IMG/VR virus record: IMGVR_UViG_3300023210_002164
Location: 1-37,055 of that record
Direction: 5' to 3' (one strand)
Length of the DNA stretch: 37,055 nucleotides
Source: a virus
Taxonomy: Duplodnaviria > Caudoviricetes
A program made the translations under genes and the position numbers. Of this stretch, positions 10,670-19,022 are shown piece after piece (position 1 is the first letter of the stretch; every line of letters starts with the position of its first letter). The notes under the pieces are model-generated. The model was not told the origin of the DNA. It made no database searches and saw only the letters and a program-made list of their open reading frames with translations.

Positions 10670-11447
10670 AAAAATCATTCCATTCTAATAGAGATCTACT
10701 ACCGTCTTTACTTGACATATCTGCAATTTTGTCTAAAAATAACCTATTGTCAATTGACCCGTCGTCAAATACTTTAACCCTATTCCCATTCAAAAACTTA
10801 AACAGGGCGGTTTGTATAATCATCCCATTAACATCATCGTAAGGCTTGATAACTGCCATCGGTTTCATATCTGTATTGATGTGTCGATGCATCTTTGACA
10901 ATAAGTCTCTTGGCACCCCCTCGTTAGAGGAGGTTATATAAATCCAGCCATTTTTAGCATGGGTGAAAGCCTCATCTATCTGGTGATATTTAGTTGGTAG
11001 TTCAGTCCTAATCTGTACGATGTGGTGGTGCGTGGCGTCATAATCAAACATAGATACAAATAACTTTTGAATACCTTCATTGTATTCAACTTTATCCGTG
11101 ATAACCACAACATAACGGAAAGAACCTTCTGTCTGATTTTTCACATCGTTCAGCGTCTCTTTTAATTTGCTTAAGTCTTCATCTTTAGTGTCTAAAATGA
11201 TAAACACGCCAACACGAGGAAACACCTCGCCCATTACGGTAGCGTATAGATTTTCTGATTCTGCAATATTTAGATCTGCCAACCATTCTGCTGGCCTGTA
11301 AGTGTTACAAAATCTACCTAAGTTGTAATAACCATTCTCATTAACCTCTTCTATGCCCAATGTTTCAGCTTTGCTTAGATTACAGTCAGACTGTTCATCA
11401 TTAGTAACTGTCGCGAAAACACAATTATCACATCTGGTGTATATCAT
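10659..11447 (-). CDS. Hypothetical protein; N-terminal Cys cluster followed by a possible degenerate GT-A fold
   Basis: CDNC...C...C in the first 50 aa; RVGVFIIL...KLKETLNDVKNQT resembles a GT2 N-terminus but there is no DxD. Confidence 0.5.
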   Translation of the reverse strand: MIYTRCDNCVFATVTNDEQSDCNLSKAETLGIEEVNENGYYNLGRFCNTYRPAEWLADLNIAESENLYATVMGEVFPRVGVFIILDTKDEDLSKLKETLNDVKNQTEGSFRYVVVITDKVEYNEGIQKLFVSMFDYDATHHHIVQIRTELPTKYHQIDEAFTHAKNGWIYITSSNEGVPRDLLSKMHRHINTDMKPMAVIKPYDDVNGMIIQTALFKFLNGNRVKVFDDGSIDNRLFLDKIADMSSKDGSRSLLEWNDFYGT

Positions 11448-11866
11448 TCTGATCTCCTACACTTGATCGTAATTTGAGAGAGCTTGGCATCAAAATTCTT
11501 ATGTGTAATTTTAATCTGTGGTGGTAAATATTTCTCAATATGATCCACCGTTAGTAGGCTCTTAATGCTATGGTTTTGAAACAATATAGAGTTTAACTCT
11601 TCTACGTCAATCGCAGACCTACGATATTTAGTACAAAGAAAATCAATATCTGTTTCCATAATTATTAAATCAGCATTTAATCGCAACTTGGAAATAATCT
11701 TATTAAGCAGTGCTTCTAATTCATTCACAGGAAACCCGCACAAAAACTTGTCAACAACTATACTTGTCGCTTCGCCGTCCAAAACTTGCTGGTTCAACGA
11801 AGCTATATTCGGTATCCACTGATACCCAATATCTGGTGGCTCTTGACTAGACAGATATATTCTCAT
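11444..11866 (-). CDS. Hypothetical protein, possibly a truncated/degenerate class I methyltransferase fold
   Basis: DGEATSIVVDKFL...LLNKIISKLRLNADLII echoes MTase motifs (D-x-S-x-D ... L-K-P-G-G-x-L-I-I); no glycine-rich motif I. Confidence 0.45.
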   Translation of the reverse strand: MRIYLSSQEPPDIGYQWIPNIASLNQQVLDGEATSIVVDKFLCGFPVNELEALLNKIISKLRLNADLIIMETDIDFLCTKYRRSAIDVEELNSILFQNHSIKSLLTVDHIEKYLPPQIKITHKNFDAKLSQITIKCRRSE

Positions 11867-11868
11867 GA

Positions 11869-12915
11869 TTATCCTTTATAATTATTAATAGTGCTGTAAA
11901 ACAAATTATTCCACTTGTCTACAAATTTGTCTTGATTATATCTTTCGAGGATGGTTTCTTGTGCGTTATTGCCTAATTCTCTTGCTAAGTCTGGATCATT
12001 TATTAATTTCTCTGTATATTGACGTAGCTCTTGTTCATCATTAGACATAAAGCCATTCTTGCCATGTTCGACAATTTCCGGAATCATACAATTTTCAGTT
12101 GATACAATCGCACACCCACAAGCCATAGCCTCCATTAACACCGTAGGTACTGGTGAATGTAACGAGGTGTTGAGAAAAATACTGGAAGAATGGTATATTT
12201 GCCTCAAATGCTCAATTGATGAAGCGGGTACTGATAGACCGGGACTCTTGCCAAATACACGTATAGGAACATCGACTTGCCAAGGATCTATTTCAGTTCC
12301 TGAGCCACCCTTAAGTCCAACCACCTGTTTCCAAAGTTCCCAACCGCAACACCAGTCCCTATTAGGCCAATCATTAACAATAGATAAACATAAATTATCT
12401 CTTGATTGTTGTTCGTGATCGGACCAGAAATCATAATCGACACCATGCTCAATCACTGTCATATCTTTAAAAGGTACTCCCCACGCTCCCGCATTAAAAT
12501 TAGAGATAAAACCTTTCTGGTCAGCTATTGTAGAGACTGCTGCGAATTGATTTTTTTGTTCTTCAATATTATATCTTATATCTGGCAGGACATGGGTGTG
12601 TAGAATGATTGGTATATTTAATTCATTTTTAATATTTTGAGATATCTTAAGTCTTTCACAAGTAGTGTGACACAATACTATATCATAGTCAATATGTTCT
12701 GGTACATTATCTATTGGATAATAGTTACTGGGCATCTCTCCATAATCAGTATCCCACTTTTTACCATATGTAATAGAAAAGAAATTATGACCAGTTCTAC
12801 AAAGCTGCTGCTCATATCTTTCGTGCGTACAAAAGGTTAAGATGTTTAACTTATCCGAAGGAGATTTTCTTCGCATAATTGCTCTAATTGACTCTTGTGT
12901 AGCTTTAGCAACCAT
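11869..12915 (-). CDS. GT4 family glycosyltransferase
   Basis: VIEHGVD, IFLNTSLHSPVPTVLMEAMACGCAIVST, EIVEHGKNGF. Confidence 0.85.
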   Translation of the reverse strand: MVAKATQESIRAIMRRKSPSDKLNILTFCTHERYEQQLCRTGHNFFSITYGKKWDTDYGEMPSNYYPIDNVPEHIDYDIVLCHTTCERLKISQNIKNELNIPIILHTHVLPDIRYNIEEQKNQFAAVSTIADQKGFISNFNAGAWGVPFKDMTVIEHGVDYDFWSDHEQQSRDNLCLSIVNDWPNRDWCCGWELWKQVVGLKGGSGTEIDPWQVDVPIRVFGKSPGLSVPASSIEHLRQIYHSSSIFLNTSLHSPVPTVLMEAMACGCAIVSTENCMIPEIVEHGKNGFMSNDEQELRQYTEKLINDPDLARELGNNAQETILERYNQDKFVDKWNNLFYSTINNYKG

Positions 12916-13990
12916 ATAGTAAATCCTTTAATTTTTGTCCAACGACTTTATGATCATACTGTTTGGCGATTTCTTTAGCATGGTCGGCTTCTTCTTGTGC
13001 CGCCTTTGTATCCCATTTCATAAACGCTGTTCTCATAGACTTAGATAGCTCAATTATGTCAATTTCTTGCCAAGTACTATTGGCGGTATCTAGATCTGGC
13101 AATGTGGATATAGCCCCAAAACACGGCGTTGCCGTCGAAGTAATTGAATAACCCACGCAAAAATCCTCTAGTCCAGTATTTTGAGTATAGAGTGCGGGAA
13201 TACTTAACGCCATAGCTTCTAACGCTGGGATACAAAAAGCCTCACCTCTGCTAGGCATAACAAAACAATGACACTGACTGAGTACAGATTTATAGTCTTC
13301 TCTATCTAAATGCCCAGCTACTATAATTTCCTGCTTGTAATTTTTCTTTAACTTAAGACCATCCTTTACTTGTTTACAATAATTTTGTACGTATTCTAAA
13401 GTTTGTTTAGAGGTCTTAATAAATAGGTTGACAGGCTCCCATGTCTCAAACTCATTATGAAAAGCCATTAATAATGCTTTAATGTTTTTTCTTTCTATGA
13501 ATTCACCAACAAATACAAAATTAAAACCGGATTGCAGCTCTTGGATTTGATTACCAGTAGTGGTCCTATTGTATGACGACATATCTAATGAATGAGGAGC
13601 CACATGAATTGGTCTTGTGACACCGCTTATTCTAGCAATGCCTTTAGTGTTATAGCTAGGCACCCATAATTCATCCATCAAATTCGCGTTACGATGCCAG
13701 TTCGTGTCTCTAAAATTACTCGATTCAGCAGCAAAAAATCCAATATTCTTAAAGTTTGAATCATAAGAATATAAAGACGGCAGTGTGTGTTGTATACATA
13801 CATCGCAGTCCTGAATAGAATTGTCTTCCAGCTCTTTAATCCTGCTTGGATAATCGGACTGTTGTGACTCAAAGGTAATAGCCCTTGGGACAACCTCGAC
13901 TCCCACGGAATCTAATGCTAATATATTATTTATTGCTGCATTACCCCAGCCCGTGCCGTCCATATAATTGCTAATATATAAGACTTTCAT
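12905..13990 (-). CDS. GT4 family glycosyltransferase
   Basis: FVGEFIERKNI, FVMPSRGEAFCIPALEAMA. Confidence 0.88.
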   Translation of the reverse strand: MKVLYISNYMDGTGWGNAAINNILALDSVGVEVVPRAITFESQQSDYPSRIKELEDNSIQDCDVCIQHTLPSLYSYDSNFKNIGFFAAESSNFRDTNWHRNANLMDELWVPSYNTKGIARISGVTRPIHVAPHSLDMSSYNRTTTGNQIQELQSGFNFVFVGEFIERKNIKALLMAFHNEFETWEPVNLFIKTSKQTLEYVQNYCKQVKDGLKLKKNYKQEIIVAGHLDREDYKSVLSQCHCFVMPSRGEAFCIPALEAMALSIPALYTQNTGLEDFCVGYSITSTATPCFGAISTLPDLDTANSTWQEIDIIELSKSMRTAFMKWDTKAAQEEADHAKEIAKQYDHKVVGQKLKDLLYGC

Positions 13991-15636
13991 TACTGTCTCC
14001 CATTCATAGATGATATTTTTTCATATCTAGCTTTTTCCCATTCGTTAATTTGTTCACGGAAAAACTTTAGCTCGTTATACGCATCGTCAATAGAGAATGG
14101 AGTATTGCCGGTTTGGGACTGTTGATGAGATTCATTAAAATAAAAATCTTTATTCAGATTTTCACACTTATAGCTAAATGTACAATCCTTAATTACCTTT
14201 TTCCAGAAATAGCCACCAATCCAATCTGGTTTACATAACACCGATCTGAATAGGAAATCTACCTTGTCTACAATGCTATTAATGTTTTCTGGTATTTTTG
14301 TTGCGGGTATTGCGTTTTTCGGTGGGGAAAGCCATGTCTTATTTATGTCTTTCACTTCAATACTTTCAATGTGTTTTAACCAAACATCAGCCGTTTTGTC
14401 CCATGTGTAGCATTCTTTAGCTTTCTTGCAAACACTGCTACCGATTGTTTCTAAAGACTCTTTAGAAGATGTCAAATCTAACAATATCTCTAAAAACTTA
14501 TCATTATCTGGTACAGCTCTTTTACAACCCGTCTCGCATTCGACATAATAACTTAATGGCTTAATACCAATAGCCCCTATATTATCAACAATAGACCGCA
14601 TAGCGGAATAATAAGTTGATATAACCGGAAGACCGCATTGAGCCGCTTCTAATTGAGGCATTCCAAATCCTTCACTATTAGCGTACTGTACATAAACATC
14701 CATAATATTATATACTAAAGCCAATTCTTGTTCGTTAATTGGATTATTGATACCAACTAATTGATTAGTAAACTTTGAGCATTTTGAACACATCTGTATA
14801 GAATCTTTAAAAAAGTCAACAGATATATGTTTACAATTCTTACATTTATAGGTCATTAACACCCTGCTAGACAGGCCGTTATCCATAATGTATTTTGGAA
14901 TCTCCCATCCAACATCTGGATAATATGTATGGCAGAGTAAAAATGCTCGCGGATCTTTAGACTGGTCTAAAAACCTTCTAAAGGTCTGCATTAGGTCGGG
15001 ATACAGTTTCCGTTTTTGATTACGCATAACAGTACCAACGATAAACACATCATCCGAAACCCCCATAGTGTTTCTAACTTGAGACTTGTCCAGTTTAGTA
15101 AAAGTGTTACTGGCAGAAGGAGGTGCTATATCAACAAATTTGATATCCCGACACTGATCCAACAACACATCTCTACCGAATTCAGAGTACGTAAACACTG
15201 AGTCTGCTGATGCGTATGTGTTGATCCATTGATCCGCTTGAGGTTCCGCATCTACTGTTGGCATAATAGACCAATGGAAGAATTCTCGAAATGGTGACCG
15301 CTGTTGGTATTCTATCATCCACCAGTCACGAATATCAATAACTATGTCTGGCTGAAAATCAAGAAGCACATGGTTAAATGTCTGTTCTCCAAATTGTGCT
15401 ACTGGATTTCCAGAATAGCTTTGAAATGTGTTATCATCTTTAAGTGGTTTATTGGGATATACCTTCCAAGGGACAGACGCTATATTTGGGTTATTTTTAT
15501 CCGCATAACAAGCTAACTCAGCCACTTCTAAAGAATCAACCTGACTCAGTCTTGATAGCACTTCTTTTGTATATATTGAATAGCCAGTACTCAACCAAGA
15601 GGCTTCAGAACAAAATAGTATCTTTTTTTTACTCAT
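13990..15636 (-). CDS. GT4 family glycosyltransferase with an inserted CxxC-x14-CxxC zinc ribbon and a C-terminal extension
   Basis: STGYS, VMRNQKRK, SEGFGMPQLEAAQCG; CKNC...CSKC insert. Confidence 0.85.
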   Translation of the reverse strand: MSKKKILFCSEASWLSTGYSIYTKEVLSRLSQVDSLEVAELACYADKNNPNIASVPWKVYPNKPLKDDNTFQSYSGNPVAQFGEQTFNHVLLDFQPDIVIDIRDWWMIEYQQRSPFREFFHWSIMPTVDAEPQADQWINTYASADSVFTYSEFGRDVLLDQCRDIKFVDIAPPSASNTFTKLDKSQVRNTMGVSDDVFIVGTVMRNQKRKLYPDLMQTFRRFLDQSKDPRAFLLCHTYYPDVGWEIPKYIMDNGLSSRVLMTYKCKNCKHISVDFFKDSIQMCSKCSKFTNQLVGINNPINEQELALVYNIMDVYVQYANSEGFGMPQLEAAQCGLPVISTYYSAMRSIVDNIGAIGIKPLSYYVECETGCKRAVPDNDKFLEILLDLTSSKESLETIGSSVCKKAKECYTWDKTADVWLKHIESIEVKDINKTWLSPPKNAIPATKIPENINSIVDKVDFLFRSVLCKPDWIGGYFWKKVIKDCTFSYKCENLNKDFYFNESHQQSQTGNTPFSIDDAYNELKFFREQINEWEKARYEKISSMNGRQ

Positions 15637-15964
15637 CGTTATCTACATTCTCATAATTATCATTATTAAAAATCTTAAAATTCGTCACACGAAAACTAAT
15701 ATTACTATATTCATCTTGGTCTTTTTCGTTTCTCGCAATAGCTTCTACCGCCATACAGTCGCCTTTCATAGCATGGTCATAAATTGTTTGAGCGGCAGTA
15801 GACCATACCTCAAAATCTAAAAACTCTACTCTTCTAATCTTTTTGCCTGCTTTATCTTTACGATATTCTTCGACAGCCAATGTGAATTTAGCTACTACTG
15901 TATAATTTTTTGGATACAAAACTGGATCATCGGTTAATTTTCCGACAAAATGACACTTATTCAT
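15629..15964 (-). CDS. ssb: Single-stranded DNA-binding protein (short, OB fold plus acidic tail)
   Basis: MNKCHFVGKLTDDP, FTLAV, EFLDFEVW, KGD; acidic C-terminus NDNYENVDNDE; AGGA SD. Confidence 0.85.
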   Translation of the reverse strand: MNKCHFVGKLTDDPVLYPKNYTVVAKFTLAVEEYRKDKAGKKIRRVEFLDFEVWSTAAQTIYDHAMKGDCMAVEAIARNEKDQDEYSNISFRVTNFKIFNNDNYENVDNDE

Positions 15965-15973
15965 AATCGTCCT

Positions 15974-17515
15974 TCAAATCTGCGTTACTTTATTTACAAT
16001 AATGGAAGTATTTTCCTTTTTAGACACTTCGCCAGCCAGTACGACAGTATTATTCTCAATTAGTAAATCTTTAAACTGTTCGTATTGCTCAGGAAAAATA
16101 GTAATTCCATCTAATACGCCGCTACTGTCTTCCGCAACTATAAAAGCCATCGTCTGGCCGGGATTTTTACCCTTTTTGGTTTTATACTGTCTTACCGAGT
16201 TTAGCTGAACTGCTAAGTGTGTCTTACCTGTTATAGTTTGTCTATATATATCTTTACACAAAGAAATTGAGAAATTTGTATGAAACCCATCAACTAAACT
16301 ACATGTTAAGGCACACCCCATATATTTTTGTTCATCTGTGGCAATTGTCTGTACATCATCATCCAAGCTATACATTGGGTTTTCTAATGTGTTCATAATA
16401 TCAACAACGGTTGGCAGCCTCCGTTTATTGACCTTATTTGAATTTATATAACCCTCTATACAATCAGCCAATGTTTTATAGTTTTGATAATTCGCACAGA
16501 TATATTTTGTTTCAGTGGCTGTTAATTTTTTCCAACTATCAAATTCATATAACATAGTTTGGCGATTAGTTGTATTATTCTTACCATTGAAGGCACCAAC
16601 AGAAATTAAAGCAATTACAGCTCTTTTATTCAGCTTACATTTTTGGATTACATTAATCAATACATCTAACCATGTATATCCAGATATATCTTCTGTCAGT
16701 GCGGCAATCTTATCGCATTCTTTTTGTCCAACATGCTTGATATGTCTTAAACCAAAGAAAATAGTATCACCAACATCAGTAAAATCTGTATGGAGGTGTT
16801 GTAATCTTGGTGGATATGTTTCCAAATCCAAAGACTTAGCATCTACAATCAGCTCTTTCAATTCTTTCTGGGAATCAGGTTTCCGATCAGAATGGTTTAG
16901 GTATGACACATAGAAATCCATAGGCTTGTAGTACTTACAGTACGCACTCCAGTAGGCATTGATCGCATAGCTTACAGCATGGGATTTGTTAAATGCATAT
17001 CTGTTAGACTTTTCAATCCATCCAAAAATTTCTTCAGCTACCTCCTTAGTAATGAATCCTTTCTTTTCGGCACCCTCTAGGAAAGACTTCTTTACTTTCT
17101 CCATCAGATCCGCCTTCTTCTTTCCGATAGCCTTACGGAGCTGATCAGCGTCCTTTAAATCGAAGCCAGCAAGCTTTTGGGCGATCCTCATTGATTGTTC
17201 CTGATAGACCAAGACCCCATATGTTTCGGATAGTATGTCTTCCAAAGAATCATCTGGATAAGTCACTGGATCTTTTTTAGACTTTCTATCTACATAGTGT
17301 TGAGTCATTGACTTACCATCACTATAAGCCTTCAAACAACCCGGACGAATCAACGAGATTAAAGCAGCAAGTTCCGCTATATTTCGTGGCTTAACTCTTT
17401 TAGCCCAAGACCTGCCAAGTTGAGACTCAAGCTGAAAGACTCCCTTAGTTCTGCCTTCACAAATTAGATCCCACACGTCAGGATCATTGAAATCATTAAT
17501 ATTAAAATTACTCAT
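15974..17515 (-). CDS. dnaE: DNA polymerase III alpha subunit, C-terminal half (fingers, HhH, OB fold)
   Basis: GRTKGVFQLES, LISLIRPG, ETYGVLVYQEQ, LRKAIGKK, YAFNKSHAVSY, FGLRHIKHVG, MAFIVAEDSSG. Confidence 0.93.
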   Translation of the reverse strand: MSNFNINDFNDPDVWDLICEGRTKGVFQLESQLGRSWAKRVKPRNIAELAALISLIRPGCLKAYSDGKSMTQHYVDRKSKKDPVTYPDDSLEDILSETYGVLVYQEQSMRIAQKLAGFDLKDADQLRKAIGKKKADLMEKVKKSFLEGAEKKGFITKEVAEEIFGWIEKSNRYAFNKSHAVSYAINAYWSAYCKYYKPMDFYVSYLNHSDRKPDSQKELKELIVDAKSLDLETYPPRLQHLHTDFTDVGDTIFFGLRHIKHVGQKECDKIAALTEDISGYTWLDVLINVIQKCKLNKRAVIALISVGAFNGKNNTTNRQTMLYEFDSWKKLTATETKYICANYQNYKTLADCIEGYINSNKVNKRRLPTVVDIMNTLENPMYSLDDDVQTIATDEQKYMGCALTCSLVDGFHTNFSISLCKDIYRQTITGKTHLAVQLNSVRQYKTKKGKNPGQTMAFIVAEDSSGVLDGITIFPEQYEQFKDLLIENNTVVLAGEVSKKENTSIIVNKVTQI

Positions 17516-17523
17516 ATTGAAAT

Positions 17524-18129
17524 TTATTTCTGTATTAACCAGCTTGGTCCATCATGGGGTAATTCATAAACAGTAAGGCTCTTAACTTCAGCAAACTCTT
17601 TCAACGCATCCACCACACCCTTCCACCCATAGTCGTGCCCAGCTAGAACTCCTCCAGATTTAACTTTTGGAAACCAATTTTCAATGTCTGTTTTTACATG
17701 TTCGTATTCGTGTGAAGCGTCGATAAATACGAAGTCAAAATAATCATCTGGAAAATCGTATGATGCTTCTAGTGATGATTTCTGTATTGGTTTTATATAA
17801 TCTTTTACAGGTTTCATATTTTTCATAAAAATTGGAAATATTCCATCCTGCTCAAAACACATAGGGTCAAATGCACCATTATCTCGATCTCTGTGCTCTG
17901 TACTACCTTTCCATGTGTCTATACAATAGAAATCTATATCTTTTTCAGAGTTGGCTATTTCCACCGCCATAAAGGATGTACTAGCCCCTTTCCAACATCC
18001 TATCTCTGCAAAAATGTATTTTCTATCTTCTGTTGCATCTTTGACGACATTGTAATACAGGTTATGAAAGTCAAACCATCCATCGCCACTAGCAATAATC
18101 TTATTAAAAAAATGTGGTATATTAGACAT
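17524..18129 (-). CDS. Class I SAM-dependent methyltransferase (Methyltransf_24-like)
   Basis: EIGCWKGAS, IDTW, FDFVFIDASHEYE, KSGGVLAGHDY. Start MSNIPH at 18129 preferred. Confidence 0.88.
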   Translation of the reverse strand: MSNIPHFFNKIIASGDGWFDFHNLYYNVVKDATEDRKYIFAEIGCWKGASTSFMAVEIANSEKDIDFYCIDTWKGSTEHRDRDNGAFDPMCFEQDGIFPIFMKNMKPVKDYIKPIQKSSLEASYDFPDDYFDFVFIDASHEYEHVKTDIENWFPKVKSGGVLAGHDYGWKGVVDALKEFAEVKSLTVYELPHDGPSWLIQK

Positions 18130-18805
18130 AAAATTCCCCATTTCCAAATGTTTTTTCAAACTTAACTTTCTTCAGTAGACTTCTCTGAAGCTTCAAGAAC
18201 TTAATCAATATATTAGCAGTATCTTTGACATCCTGCAAGGCATCATGAGCATTATCTGTTTCAATTCCAAAATAATCCCTCATATAGTCCATGCTATAAC
18301 CCTTTACATCTTGATTGTTTTCAAACCAACAATAGATGTGCTGCATCAGGTCAATCGTAAAGATAGGATTGAACAGTTTTTGTTTACCCTTTTTGGTATC
18401 CATCGGCCCATACGCCTCGCACATTCTCTGCACAATTGGCATATCAAATGAATTGATATTATATCCCGCAGCAACTGGAGCATAGTATGAAGTCTTTTTG
18501 AAATTATATTTATCGCAAAACTGACCAAACTTTTGCCACACCGTTTTAGGCAAAGGAGCTTTAGCAAGATCATCACGATTCTTACGAGTAATCTCTAATG
18601 CCTTATCTTCCAAAGGATCAAATCCCTTAGCGATAGCCTTCTCATCGTCAATGATTGGCCGCATTTCACTATTAAAAATACCACCCGGTTGTAACTCTAA
18701 CTTACGGGCGTGTATCGCAACAGCGGCGATTTGTGTCGGCTGTGTCTTGTGTGGATCTCTTGATCCTGTTTCAAAATCGAACACGATTATATCACGATAA
18801 TTCAT
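18122..18805 (-). CDS. DEDDh 3'-5' exonuclease (DnaQ/epsilon-like)
   Basis: ExoI FDFETG, ExoII GYNINSFD, ExoIII HDALQD. Confidence 0.9.
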   Translation of the reverse strand: MNYRDIIVFDFETGSRDPHKTQPTQIAAVAIHARKLELQPGGIFNSEMRPIIDDEKAIAKGFDPLEDKALEITRKNRDDLAKAPLPKTVWQKFGQFCDKYNFKKTSYYAPVAAGYNINSFDMPIVQRMCEAYGPMDTKKGKQKLFNPIFTIDLMQHIYCWFENNQDVKGYSMDYMRDYFGIETDNAHDALQDVKDTANILIKFLKLQRSLLKKVKFEKTFGNGEFYV

Positions 18806-19020
18806 TTGGCTAACTCCAAAAATTTGTTTACAGCATCGTCAATATTTCTAAACAGATCATAAACTCTATGCCTGTCTGACCACACCTGATAAGAACCACT
18901 TTTACTACCTAATCTAAATGCAATATGGTTTGTAAGATTACAAATAGACACTCCCGCCTTTTCTACTGAACATCCAGAAAAGATGACAGATTTAATATCT
19001 TGTTTATCAATATCGTACAT
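18802..19020 (-). CDS. Small hypothetical protein
   Basis: Fills the gap between dnaE-N and the exonuclease, with ATGA coupling. Confidence 0.65.
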   Translation of the reverse strand: MYDIDKQDIKSVIFSGCSVEKAGVSICNLTNHIAFRLGSKSGSYQVWSDRHRVYDLFRNIDDAVNKFLELAK

Positions 19021-19022
19021 AG

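Noticed and set aside
1-15636. Ordinary bacterial O-antigen or capsule locus
   Set aside because: No wzx/wzy/wzm/wzt or initiating transferase in view, and the flanking genes (dNMP kinase, UvsX-like RecA, short hypotheticals) are phage-like. It cannot be fully excluded beyond the left edge.
17516-19022. Intron or split intein joining the dnaE halves
   Set aside because: There is no Cys/Ser-initiated intein N-block and no His-Asn C-block. The interval is completely filled by three coupled ORFs, none a homing endonuclease or reverse transcriptase, leaving no room for a ribozyme core.
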